A stretch of DNA of 41,524 bases from a virus (taxonomy: Duplodnaviria > Caudoviricetes): the IMG/VR virus record IMGVR_UViG_3300025718_000162, positions 1 through 41,524 of that record; one strand, written 5' to 3'. Position 1 is the first letter of the stretch, and each line of letters begins with the position of its first letter. Below are positions 8,957 through 19,086 of the stretch, piece by piece. Under the pieces are notes generated by a model that saw only the letters and a list, made by a program, of their open reading frames with translations, ran no database searches and was not told the DNA's origin. A program made the position numbers and the translations under genes.

Positions 8957-11170
8957 TATTGCCAGTCCAATACCACGCCATGTTCTAACTCCATGAGTGC
9001 TTTCATTAACAGATGGGCAAATTTCTTGTAGTTTACTATTAAACTTTTGGCGACTTAATGGATGAAAACTGCCATCAAGACAATACTTCTTATAAGCCTC
9101 ATACATTTTTGCCTTTTCTGTATATGCCTGTTCTGCAATGTTGCAACAATCGGGTATAAATTGCCGGACTGTATCATTTTCAATCTGATACTTTTCAAGA
9201 GCTTTCTGAGTAGTTGCTGATTCAGTAAATTTTCGATTATAACAAAGCCTGGCATACCCTTCTAATGCGACATTTAGCAGTCCGGACATTTCTTCTGACG
9301 TGATTATCTTCTCTAATAAGTTTTCATCCCTTCGCGGATCGCCTGCAGGAAAACTAGCTGTAAAACTTAACACTGTCCATCTACGGAAAAAGCTATATGT
9401 ATTATCCTTACTTCGCGGGATCTCATTTGCTGAAAACAATAATCTAGCGGTATTCTTAACTTGAAATGGGTTTTGACCTTTGCGCTCTACTGTAATTAAG
9501 TCACCAGTCACCAGCGCTTTAAATATTGCCGAATCATCTAATAATTTACTTGAAATATCTGGACAGATATTGATCAATTTTCCTGTCAGTTCAGCAGCTC
9601 TGAAGCGATTATCAGATAAATCCTGTAGAGATACTGACGATGAGTTTTTATGACCAATAAAATTGCCAATCAAATCAAGTAACACTGATTTACCATTTGC
9701 CCCTGCCCCTGTAAGCATAAAAGCTTTTTGAAATCGGAAATCAGGAAACAATAGGTGTCCAATAATCTCTAATATCAAATCTTGGCAATCAGGCGGTAAC
9801 ACCTCGGATAAAAACTTCCTAATAGCTGGGCAGTCTGCATTAGGATTATAAATAACAGGTACACGAATTGATGATAAATATTTAGGCGAATGAGGATGTA
9901 ATGTTAATACCCCGGTATCGCGCCAATCTTGCATATCAATTACACCATTTGCGACATTCAGTATATTGGGGTTTCTATCAAGAATAGGATCAGCTTGATA
10001 TAATTTTGTTTCTAAATACTTCACAACTTCAATACCCCTGGAGTCTCTATAGGCATCACCCAATATATTTTGTGTGATTTTTTTTATAAAGTGGCGGCCG
10101 TTAGGATGATATACTCCATCGCCATAAAGCAATAAATCTTGCCGATCATATAACAAATCGTTATCGGTTAGAATTTTTTCGGCTAACGGTGGAGGGACAA
10201 AGTTACCTTCGTCATTAAACCAATCATCTCTTATTTTAGTTTCCTTTGCCCTTTGCTGCTTACTGTCGATATCGTATACATTAGATAACTCCCATGGGTC
10301 CGTGCTTGCCACCAACTTAATCAATTGATCTATCTTATTGCCTAGCATCAACCAGTCCGTTACATCAGCCTTATTACCCATTCTAGGCTCATGATCTGCA
10401 AGATTAATCAACTTAACATTACAGCCATGCTTTACAAATGTATTGGCGGTATCATTTCCGTATTTCTTACCAGCTTCGTCATTGTCGATTAAAATGACTA
10501 CGTTGTGGCCCTTAGGAAATATAGTAAGGTGTTGGGGCATCCATCTAGAAGTAGCGCCTCCGACCGTAGTTGATGAAAGAGCCAGCCTACATAATGATTC
10601 AGCATCCTTACACCCTTCAACTAGGAAGATTGTCTTATCGTCTACAATGGCCTTAATGATTAAAGGTAATTGATATACTGGATATTTCAATCCGTTCAAA
10701 CCTTTGGTTCCTTTGGCTCGATCAACGCCAGCAATATTATAAGGGATAGCTATTTTCTCCCCAGTAGCATCTTTATGTATTTCTTTCCTAATGATTTCAT
10801 TACCTAATTCATCTTGATAAAAATGTTCTCTAATCTTCTTAGCAGTCTTCCAATCAAAAGCCGACTTTTCTGTCTTAACCTCATTAGGAAGAACCTTTGC
10901 CGCCAAACGCTTAATGGCTTCTCTCTCGCCAATGCCTTCCATACCCATAATAAAATCTATAACACTCCCCTCAGGACACACAGAGCAGGAAAAGCAACTG
11001 AAGTTGTTCCCCTCGGCCCAAACGGTAAAACTAGCATTACTATCGTTATGGCCTGGGAATGGGCAGTGGATCTTTACCCCCTTACCCTTAATAGATGGTA
11101 CATTAACACCATAATCAGAGTAGGCTTGTCTCAGTGAATATATTTGTTTAATTTGATCGCTTAATTGCAT
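8954..11170 (-). CDS. Primase-helicase (CHC2 Zn finger + TOPRIM + D5/P4-type SF3 helicase)
   Basis: CPFPGHND...CFSC; LVEGCKDA...DNDEAG; Walker A GAGANGKS; ERKGQNPF and FSANEIP. Confidence 0.93.
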   Translation of the reverse strand: MQLSDQIKQIYSLRQAYSDYGVNVPSIKGKGVKIHCPFPGHNDSNASFTVWAEGNNFSCFSCSVCPEGSVIDFIMGMEGIGEREAIKRLAAKVLPNEVKTEKSAFDWKTAKKIREHFYQDELGNEIIRKEIHKDATGEKIAIPYNIAGVDRAKGTKGLNGLKYPVYQLPLIIKAIVDDKTIFLVEGCKDAESLCRLALSSTTVGGATSRWMPQHLTIFPKGHNVVILIDNDEAGKKYGNDTANTFVKHGCNVKLINLADHEPRMGNKADVTDWLMLGNKIDQLIKLVASTDPWELSNVYDIDSKQQRAKETKIRDDWFNDEGNFVPPPLAEKILTDNDLLYDRQDLLLYGDGVYHPNGRHFIKKITQNILGDAYRDSRGIEVVKYLETKLYQADPILDRNPNILNVANGVIDMQDWRDTGVLTLHPHSPKYLSSIRVPVIYNPNADCPAIRKFLSEVLPPDCQDLILEIIGHLLFPDFRFQKAFMLTGAGANGKSVLLDLIGNFIGHKNSSSVSLQDLSDNRFRAAELTGKLINICPDISSKLLDDSAIFKALVTGDLITVERKGQNPFQVKNTARLLFSANEIPRSKDNTYSFFRRWTVLSFTASFPAGDPRRDENLLEKIITSEEMSGLLNVALEGYARLCYNRKFTESATTQKALEKYQIENDTVRQFIPDCCNIAEQAYTEKAKMYEAYKKYCLDGSFHPLSRQKFNSKLQEICPSVNESTHGVRTWRGIGLAI

Positions 11171-11334
11171 ATCACATCACCGCACTAATTCGCATATCAG
11201 CGGGTTTTTCTTTTATAATTATTTCTAGTTCGTTAATCGTATAGTTCGCACAATCCACTAGTTGATGATGCTGCATCTTTTCAGCAAACCGCTTAATATC
11301 GTGTGCTGATTGTAATAGTAAATAAATATCCATT

Positions 11335-11499
11335 TTAGCGATCATTGTTCTTCACCAACTTCATATCACCAATTATGCGATCAATGGCTTCACGCGGTAC
11401 TCTATCAGTAATGCCAAATATATTTTTTGTGTCTAATTTTTCTTCACGTCTATTAAATTTTCGTTGTTCGCGCTGTCGTTCATGTCTTTTTTCTGACAT
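11335..11499 (-). CDS. Small hypothetical protein
   Basis: Likely start MSEKRHER after AAGGAG. Confidence 0.55.
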   Translation of the reverse strand: MSEKRHERQREQRKFNRREEKLDTKNIFGITDRVPREAIDRIIGDMKLVKNNDR

Positions 11500-11565
11500 A
11501 ACAAATACACTCCTTAGCGGGTCCCGTTCTGTAGAACACCCCGACTTCATAACTCTTTCTTCTGA

Positions 11566-11769
11566 TTACTGTGGTGAATTTAAGAACTTATGTATAGCCC
11601 AATTAGGAATTAGATATCTTTTATCGCCCGCTTTAATAGTTTTTAAATTCCCTTGCCTGATCATTTTTTCTATTGTGGGCCTTGAAACTCCTAAGATTAA
11701 GCACGTTTCTGTAATATTGAAAACTAATTTCGTTAAATCTATTTCACGTTTTTTTACTGCTCTTGGCAT
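11566..11769 (-). CDS. Excisionase-like HTH_17 protein
   Basis: VFNITETCLILGVSRPTIEKMIRQGNLKTIKAGDKRYLIP. Confidence 0.85.
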   Translation of the reverse strand: MPRAVKKREIDLTKLVFNITETCLILGVSRPTIEKMIRQGNLKTIKAGDKRYLIPNWAIHKFLNSPQ

Positions 11770-11841
11770 TATTTATTCCTCCTTTGAATATTGAACTTAT
11801 TCTTCTCATGATAATGATAAGTTTAAGGTGATAATTAAACG

Positions 11842-12387
11842 CTACTTAATAGCGTCTAACTTTTTCTTTGCTTGTTCTATTTCATAAAGCCATACAAGGG
11901 TTAAAAAATTTTTAAGTGGTTCGGCCATTTCATCATAAATTCGCGCCCATTCAGGTAGTGGCTCTCTGTCAGGCACTGGCATATCCTTAGTTTTTTCTCT
12001 CTCTTTTTCTAATTCAGCCATAAAATCAGCCCGTACCGGATCGATTATTCCTTTTTCTTCATCTTCCACAACTTTTTTTAACCCTGTTTTTAACATGTCC
12101 CAAACACGAATAGATTTTATTGTTGATGGATTAATTTTAGGAGGCTTATTATCGAAGAATTCGCGATTAATATATTTTGACCCATAGGAACCGTGCATCA
12201 TGCTCCATGCAGCATAAGCTTGTTCAACTGTATTTTCAGGATAATCAGTCCAACGACCACCGCCACGCCCAAGCCCGCCACGCTGTGGTTTAGGTATTAG
12301 TTCTTGTTTTTCATACCTAGATAATGTTGGCCTAGATATTTCAACGCCCATTTTCTTTAATTGTTCTATTATTTCATCAGGTGTCAA
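11842..12387 (-). CDS. MerR-like HTH regulator
   Basis: ISRPTLSRYEKQELIPKP...GGGRWTDY. Confidence 0.75.
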   Translation of the reverse strand: MTPDEIIEQLKKMGVEISRPTLSRYEKQELIPKPQRGGLGRGGGRWTDYPENTVEQAYAAWSMMHGSYGSKYINREFFDNKPPKINPSTIKSIRVWDMLKTGLKKVVEDEEKGIIDPVRADFMAELEKEREKTKDMPVPDREPLPEWARIYDEMAEPLKNFLTLVWLYEIEQAKKKLDAIK

Positions 12388-12564
12388 AAGAGTTCACCGC
12401 CCTGTACTTATTGTTATCATGATAAGTATAACATATCGATTTTTAAAAAACAAGCCTTTCTGTATAAAATTTATCTATTTATAGTAAAAATTAACACCTG
12501 TGTATTATGGATTTATAAATGATTATAATACTCATTGGATTTTGTTAAAAACTACTAATTTCGA

Positions 12565-12610
12565 GACATAATAGTAATTATGTATATATTCATAGACACT
12601 CTTATGTTAT
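12565..12610. promoter_or_regulatory. Putative recombination (res) site of the tyrosine recombinase
   Basis: ACATAAT-AGTA-ATTATGT palindrome and a second degenerate ATAG...TTATGT just upstream of the recombinase gene. Confidence 0.55.
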
Positions 12611-12679
12611 AGTATTTATAAGGGTTCGCAGTACTTATATCAGGTTCCCCCATTCGAAATTAATGGAGGTTTTGATAAA

Positions 12680-13543
12680 ATGGACATTTTTAGAGAAGAA
12701 TTTAAGGCATATTTAGTTGAAAATGATAAGTCTAAAAATACGATAGATAGTTACCTTTCTGACTTAGAAAAGTTTACATATAATGAATTTACCACAGAGA
12801 CAATAAGGCAATATGTGATAGATTTGCAAACGAAAGTTATAAAGAAACCCAATGCCAACAAAAGAAAGCCAGATGTTGAAAGTATAGGCTTAAAAACTTC
12901 TACCATTAATAGAAAGCTAGTGAGCCTCAAGCAATATATTAAATTTCTTGCCGAATGTAAGGATATTGTAATTAATCCCAAGGTACGCCAATTAAAACAA
13001 CAGAAGATGAATTACCTAGAAAATCAATTAACCGAGAAAGATTTAAATAGTTTGATCTTATCAGCAGAGAAAAGCAATGACGAAAGAGCCAAAGCTATAT
13101 TCTGCACATTAGCGTGGACCGGATTAAGAGTATCCGAAATGCTCCAGATTAAGACTACCGATATAAGTAAAGACCTTATAATAATTCGTGGGAAGGGGTC
13201 TAAGGAGCGTCCTGCCTTTAATACTAAAAAGTTGCAGGCGGTATTGAAAGGATACGCAAATACGAGAATAAATAGCTCAGATTTATTATTTACTGGTGTA
13301 CGTGGGGCAATTAATCGGCAGACGGTCGATAAGGTAATTAAGCAACACGCAAGTTTTATCCAGTTGAAGAAAGAAAAAGCTCATGCACATAATTTTCGAC
13401 ATTATTTTTGTAAGATGGCACTGACTAAAGGGTTGAGTCTTAATACAGTAGCAGATCTCGTTGGTCATACTGATATAAACACTACTTCTATATATGCCAA
13501 GCAAACGAAAGAAGAATTATTGGCCGCTATTAATAGCTTATAA
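12680..13543 (+). CDS. Tyrosine recombinase (XerD-like, probable multimer resolvase)
   Basis: TGLRVSE, GKGSKER, HNFRH, LVGH...TTSIY catalytic motifs; 287 aa, no arm-binding domain. Confidence 0.93.
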   Translation: MDIFREEFKAYLVENDKSKNTIDSYLSDLEKFTYNEFTTETIRQYVIDLQTKVIKKPNANKRKPDVESIGLKTSTINRKLVSLKQYIKFLAECKDIVINPKVRQLKQQKMNYLENQLTEKDLNSLILSAEKSNDERAKAIFCTLAWTGLRVSEMLQIKTTDISKDLIIIRGKGSKERPAFNTKKLQAVLKGYANTRINSSDLLFTGVRGAINRQTVDKVIKQHASFIQLKKEKAHAHNFRHYFCKMALTKGLSLNTVADLVGHTDINTTSIYAKQTKEELLAAINSL

Positions 13544-13567
13544 AATATATAGTCAGGGGGAAATTCC

Positions 13568-13963
13568 ATGCAAACAGCTTTTCATGAATTAACAAATGAA
13601 ACTAAAACATTGTTGTTTGAAATGAATACTATGTACCTTAAATGTGATAAAAATGATGCTAAAACATCTCGTGCTTTTTTAAATAAATATCATGACGAAA
13701 TTCAAATTAATGCAGACCCAGTTAAAGGTAGGTTAGCTATATTGGAAGAGTTTGGCTATATAAAGAATCAATCAAATGGTGGCCTTCTTGCACCCACTCA
13801 CAAAGGTTTACGATATAAAGAGGCTCGTTTGATTTACTGGAAACATAAGGCTGTCGGTCCCGCTACTGTTAGCGTAGTGGTATCTTTTGCCTATCAGTTT
13901 ATTACAGACAACATTTCACATATAATAACTTCAATAAAAGGTTTATGGCTCCAATTTTTATAA
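13568..13963 (+). CDS. Hypothetical protein with C-terminal hydrophobic segment
   Basis: 131 aa, AGGGGG RBS. Confidence 0.65.
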   Translation: MQTAFHELTNETKTLLFEMNTMYLKCDKNDAKTSRAFLNKYHDEIQINADPVKGRLAILEEFGYIKNQSNGGLLAPTHKGLRYKEARLIYWKHKAVGPATVSVVVSFAYQFITDNISHIITSIKGLWLQFL

Positions 13964-14141
13964 GTGGGGCTAGCTTACAAGAGAGATTAATTTTAAATTC
14001 ATGTTTTTTTGGGGTGTAATACGAGCGGAATTTTCCGTTGGTTTAAATATCACAATAATTCTTAATGTTTCTAATCCTGTAAAAAAAATAATTCCGTGCC
14101 AGCTGTCGTGGATGAAGAGCTGGGTAGTAGATAAGAATATA

Positions 14142-14186
14142 AAAAACCACCCATTTGGTTTAATAGCTAAATTAGGTGGTTTTTGC
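14142..14186. terminator. Bidirectional terminator
   Basis: AAAAACCACC...GGTGGTTTTT. Confidence 0.65.
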
Positions 14187-14461
14187 GTTTATCCAAATAA
14201 AACGGAAAGAGCTACTGGACACCATAACGGTATTCAGTAGCTTTTTTTATGTACCGCAAAGAGCTCTACATTTTTTTACTTTCTCGCGCCCTGGCCGCAT
14301 CTCTTAGCTTGCGCTTCTTTTCCTTTAAAAACTCTATGTGAATTTTTAAATCATTATTTTTTTCTTCCAGTATTCTCGTTTCTTTTATTATTGTTTCTAA
14401 ATCCCATTCGTTTTCATTACTACTCATTTTCCCTCCATACCGAGCTGGTAAGACCCCTTTA

Positions 14462-15319
14462 TTATTTAGTTAACATCTCGTTCCAATCCTTCACCCCCAA
14501 CTCTGCTGGCGGCAAATACATCTTGGTACCATGTTTAATTTTCATATCATTGGCAAAATTAATACCGGCCGGATCTTGATCGACACAACAACACACACTA
14601 GTCGTTGGTATGTTGTGTAGTTTTGCCATGTTTAAAAGCGTCTGCTCTTTGAGTCCAGCCATGCTCACCAATACCCGCCTGTCTAACTTATCGTAGTTCA
14701 GTGTGATAAAACTTAGTAGGTCCATACTGCTCTCAAACACAATCATCCGTTCATAATTAGCCCCTAGCGTAATATTAAATCCGTACCCTTCCTTTGACCC
14801 ACTCGCTACACCTTTGAACGGTTTATGCCCTGTCCCTCTAACCTCAGCACCTACCACCTCACCATCGGTACCTGTCATTCTAAAAACTACATTCCCGTTC
14901 ATGTCTTGATATATTAGATGCCGGTCGAAGCACATTTTTACAACTAACTGGCTTATTTTTCGTGTCTGTATTAAATAAGCCCACACCCTCTTAGCATCAT
15001 TGCCCTTCTCAGGCATTACTAAAATTCTCGCGGCGGAATTTACCGCTGCCAAAGGAATAACCTGTCGGCTCTGCTCTCCAGTTAGCTCCTTGATGGCCTC
15101 CAAGAATGACATACCATAGAACTCTTGTACAAATGATAATGAATTTCCCTTAGTTCCCTGAGCATTCCAACAATACATGTTCCTTTGTATTTTTAAACTA
15201 TCATGTACGGCGTGGCTGTAGCCTTTTCCGTCTCGCTTCAAGGGCTCTCCCTTGGAAATAAGATAGCTGGGCAGGTCCGCTTGCCTTGCTTGCTGAATTA
15301 TTGATTGCTCTATACCCAT
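14462..15319 (-). CDS. DUF3991/TOPRIM primase-like protein
   Basis: HDSLKI...GNSLSFV; AYLIQTRKI; VFESSMDLLSF; DQDPAG; KDWNE. Confidence 0.88.
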   Translation of the reverse strand: MGIEQSIIQQARQADLPSYLISKGEPLKRDGKGYSHAVHDSLKIQRNMYCWNAQGTKGNSLSFVQEFYGMSFLEAIKELTGEQSRQVIPLAAVNSAARILVMPEKGNDAKRVWAYLIQTRKISQLVVKMCFDRHLIYQDMNGNVVFRMTGTDGEVVGAEVRGTGHKPFKGVASGSKEGYGFNITLGANYERMIVFESSMDLLSFITLNYDKLDRRVLVSMAGLKEQTLLNMAKLHNIPTTSVCCCVDQDPAGINFANDMKIKHGTKMYLPPAELGVKDWNEMLTK

Positions 15320-15447
15320 TTTTCTTGTCTCCTTTCTAAAGACCGGTACCCGGCAGGGCAGGAAAAATAATATAATTTATCGTCAATCGGACTGTTATTC
15401 CTTTTTTTGGTGGTTTCTACTAATTGCTCTGATTAAAACACTGACAC

Positions 15448-15717
15448 TGGAACATCATATCGGCACACTTGGAACACTACTGGAACACCCTCGCTGTTCC
15501 AGTAAATCCTAGTATCTACGAGGCTTGGAAGGACTTGGAACACTGGAACACCAAAATGTTCAACTTTTCTATTTCCCTACTACATACTACTATGTTTACT
15601 ATTGCTAAGTCTTTTAAGAAAAAGAGTGTTCCAACTGTTCCAACAGCCTATAACTCCTTGTATAATCTATGTTTTCTTGGAACATCGACTGGAACACCTT
15701 GGAACGCCACTGTTCCA
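15448..15717. repeat. Iteron origin of the VirE module
   Basis: About 7 TGGAACA and 4 TGTTCCA copies around an AT-rich core, right after the VirE stop. Confidence 0.85.
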
Positions 15718-15727
15718 ATCTTAAATA

Positions 15728-17074
15728 TCAAATATTTTTTTGCCAACCACGTTTTTTGCCGTACCCTATTCCCATCTGTCGGGGATTTTTAAAGGCTGTC
15801 CAACCCTTGGATTGACTCATAATATCCCGTATTCGACCAGAGATTAAAGGAGTCAAATTTTCAATTTTACCGTGCAGGCATTCCTCCCAAATTGTATCAA
15901 TACATATAAGATCCCGCTTGTTACTCCCATGTATTTTATCTTGATTTTCATCAATGTATTTTTGCCGTTCATAACTTTTCATTGTGTTCCAATTTGAATG
16001 CAACACAATTTCCAAATAATTCAGCACTTTATCAGTCCAGGCATCATGGATTACATATTGCTGTTGAATTAATTCTGCCATTTTTTCAATTTCTTTAGGT
16101 AAACGTAATGGTTCGCCTGATTCGTGTATTGTTTTAGCCTCTGCTAATATTTGGTCACGTTCGTTCGGAAGATCATCCCAAACATCCTTCGTGCTACCAT
16201 CAAATATTTCAACAGGCCAATATCTACGATTACCTGTAATGTCTTTTAAAAATTGATCACTATTAGTTGTACCAACTACAACACACATTCTAGGTATATC
16301 CATAACGTTTTTACCATATGGTGCCCTATATCTATCTATTTGTGTGCTGAAAAATGACTTCAATCTTTCTGATTCTGTTTTTTTCATACTAGTTAGCTCG
16401 CCCATTTCACATAACCATTTTCCTCTATGAGATTCATATGTTTTGGCGGTATCATCTGAAATACGTATATCCTCGGTATACCAGTCACCACCTAAAATTT
16501 TAAAAAGTGTTGATTTCCCAAAACCCTGTGGTCCTTTTAAAATCAAACATTCATCGAATTTACAACCTGGCTGATATGCTCGGCGCACTAGAGCTGTTAG
16601 TGTTTTTCTCGTTACTGCTCGCGTGTATGGCGTATCCTCCGCACTCAGATAATCAATTAGTAATGTATCGACACGCGCTATTCCGTCCCATTGCAAGGTG
16701 TTTAAATAGTCCAGTAAAGGATTATGCTGTATCAACATACAAAATTCAGCAAAGGTATTGTCAATAATGGTAGTATTGGCTATTCCATATTGATTGTGAA
16801 AATAATTGTATAGTGATTTAAAATCACCATCGGACATGATTTTTTTATCTGCAGCACTGTACTCGTCATCCTTCTGGGACCATGGCAAACCTTTTGTTTT
16901 AAATGTGGCTGCCACTGTCATGTCATATGAAAACCTATCTTTAAGATTTGGATCGTTTTCCAAGATAATCAGTACATTGGAGGGAATTTTTAAAATTTTG
17001 CCCTCTTTATCGCGTATAAGGTTTTTCGTCCAATCTGCTTTATGTATAGGAGTTACTTTTTCGGCTAGTTCCAT
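15728..17074 (-). CDS. VirE/VapE-family P-loop ATPase (replicative helicase-like)
   Basis: WDGIARVD, PGCKFD, GPQGFGKST, YRAPYG, GTTN, TGNRRYWP. Confidence 0.92.
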   Translation of the reverse strand: MELAEKVTPIHKADWTKNLIRDKEGKILKIPSNVLIILENDPNLKDRFSYDMTVAATFKTKGLPWSQKDDEYSAADKKIMSDGDFKSLYNYFHNQYGIANTTIIDNTFAEFCMLIQHNPLLDYLNTLQWDGIARVDTLLIDYLSAEDTPYTRAVTRKTLTALVRRAYQPGCKFDECLILKGPQGFGKSTLFKILGGDWYTEDIRISDDTAKTYESHRGKWLCEMGELTSMKKTESERLKSFFSTQIDRYRAPYGKNVMDIPRMCVVVGTTNSDQFLKDITGNRRYWPVEIFDGSTKDVWDDLPNERDQILAEAKTIHESGEPLRLPKEIEKMAELIQQQYVIHDAWTDKVLNYLEIVLHSNWNTMKSYERQKYIDENQDKIHGSNKRDLICIDTIWEECLHGKIENLTPLISGRIRDIMSQSKGWTAFKNPRQMGIGYGKKRGWQKNI

Positions 17075-17189
17075 CTTCCCACCTCAATATTTGCCGTATA
17101 AACTCTGCCAATAATGCTATAATAAGTCATAATGATTTTCATAAACCTGTTATATCCACCATTACACTGGTGGATCTTTTTTTTTGCAT

Positions 17190-17357
17190 TTAAGCGCCTT
17201 GCAAATAGTTTTTTATAGCCTCAGCTGGGATGATCCATCTCGCTCCAGCCCTAACACTTCTGATTTTCTTTGATTCTAGCAAACCCATGAGCGTGCACCG
17301 TGATATCTTTAGTATTTTCATTGTCTCTTTAACCGTGAAAACTTCCATTTTCATACC
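17190..17357 (-). CDS. Excisionase-like HTH_17 protein
   Basis: Start after AAGGAGG: MKMEVFTVKETMKILKISRCTL...GARWIIPAEAI. Confidence 0.8.
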   Translation of the reverse strand, partial: GMKMEVFTVKETMKILKISRCTLMGLLESKKIRSVRAGARWIIPAEAIKNYLQGA

Positions 17358-17534
17358 TCCTTGGTAATTATTTAATATTTTTATTACATGAATGGTATAG
17401 ACAAAACCCTTTTGGGTATAATACAATACATACCATAAACGCAAATAGACTAATACCTTTAAAGGCATTATTGCTTTTTTGGGTATTGGTTGTATGGCAA
17501 GGGAATAAACCAAAAGAATACTGAAATGTTAGAT

Positions 17535-17628
17535 AAAAAGTCAGCTGCACCCTGAGAAAGTTCGCTGGCTTTTTTTCTGTCTAATTTTAAATATCAACCC
17601 TGCACCCTGAGAAAGTTCAAGTTGATAC
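17535..17628. promoter_or_regulatory. Two hairpins with an identical 19-nt loop
   Basis: CTGCACCCTGAGAAAGTTC at 17545-17563 and 17600-17618, each closed by a different stem. Confidence 0.75.
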
Positions 17629-17968
17629 TTAGGCTGCCATATAAATAATGACTAACAAGCCATATGAGTTCTTTAAATAGCATAGGCAAATTATAACATA
17701 AGGGTTTAACGATATGCAAAAAAGTATAATAGCATTTAAGATTATCTTTTAATGTCCATATTTGCTAGGTAGGGACTAGCATTCGCGCGGTTTAAGACAA
17801 GTCATTGTTTCTCAACAAGTTGGGAAACATACGCTGTTGCCGATTTTATGATTATCTTTCCTACCCTGCCCGTGCCTGGTTTCTTGTATAAAACACCAGG
17901 ATGATATCTTACGTTTATTTGACCATAATTTGTTTAAAATAGCAGGAGACTGAGCCCCTGCTTATTTG

Positions 17969-18097
17969 CTACTTCTTCCCTGCCATAACATCAGCAATGT
18001 GTTTTTTTATCCATGCTGGCGGCTCGTCGTATTCAACGCCCTGGATTAAAAATGATACTTTGATTGGTGGTTTCGGCTTTTTAGCTATTAGACTCAC
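17969..18097 (-). CDS. Small protein, paralog of 20024-20260
   Basis: AKKPKPP...IQGVEYDEPPAWIKKHIA vs IDGVLHKEPPEWVKEHIA; start uncertain. Confidence 0.6.
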   Translation of the reverse strand: MSLIAKKPKPPIKVSFLIQGVEYDEPPAWIKKHIADVMAGKK

Positions 18098-18733
18098 CTC
18101 ACTTATATTAACAACTATAAAAACATGGTAAATTAGCAATCCATTGATCATCAGCAGTCTTTAAAACTACAGTAAATGGCTCACTGGCCTCGATCACGAC
18201 CGAGTAATCAGCACCGCGGTCAATTATTAAATCGTTCGGCTGCTCTGTCTCATTGCCACTAGTGGCTACGGCTTCCACAATAACACTATCATTAACTAGA
18301 CCACCCCAGGCCCATGTATGATTACGCATTGCAGGCCACGTCCCTCATTGCGAGCATAATTACAAATTCAATAAATTGGGAAGGTGTCATTTGCAAATCA
18401 TTTGCCCAAGAATCTATTTTATCCGTAAGGTCTGAATCTTGGATTGTTAGGACTAAATCAACCTTATTCATACTGCCACCTCTATTGAGTTATAATGATA
18501 AAGTCTAAATTCAGCCATGTGCGCTGGATCCACTAGAAAGACACCGTCTAAAAACATCCATTTTACTTCACCATCGAAGTCATACTTATAATATTTAGTC
18601 ATATGTAACAACACTCCTCAAATTTATTTGCTTGGAGTCCTGCCAATATGTTAAAATCAAACATAAGGCAGGTTCTTTTAACCGGGTTCTTGCTTCTGGC
18701 CTGTTAGCTATTGACGTAGCTGCAGGTCTTTTA

Positions 18734-18904
18734 TTATTTTGCCTTTTTAAGTTTTAATTCAGTTTCAAGCGTAAACTCTCCGTTCGAGTAGGACTTCATA
18801 AAAGCCTCAAGTACATCATTCATTTTTATCTTATTTCCAGTACATGTCTTTTTAAAATCAGTTTGAATATCTTCTTCGATAGTTGTGGTAAATGTTTTTC
18901 TCAA
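18734..18904 (-). CDS. Ribbon-helix-helix-like small protein
   Basis: AAGGAGG RBS, TTG start; MRKTFTTTIEEDIQTDFKKTCTGNKIKMNDVLEAFMKSY. Confidence 0.65.
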   Translation of the reverse strand: MRKTFTTTIEEDIQTDFKKTCTGNKIKMNDVLEAFMKSYSNGEFTLETELKLKKAK

Positions 18905-19086
18905 TTAAGCACCTCCTTAAAACTTATAATATACTAAATTTATATGTTTGTCAAACATATTTTAAACATATAATATAAATATTTTATAGTATCTTTTTCA
19001 CTGTTTTTTATGTCCCATAAGTAGAAACTTATAGGACGTAAATTATAAAAATATTTCGATTCAAATTGTCGATAATAGTAGAAATG

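Noticed and set aside
2592-11170. Complete prophage or phage-plasmid
   Set aside because: No capsid, portal, TerL, tail tube or lysis genes recognised
12680-13543. Prophage integrase with att sites
   Set aside because: Short Xer-like protein without an arm-binding domain; no attL/attR pair or tRNA seen; a resolvase role is more likely
15469-15792. 107-aa ORF on + (also 8815-9006)
   Set aside because: Translations of iteron repeats, not credible proteins
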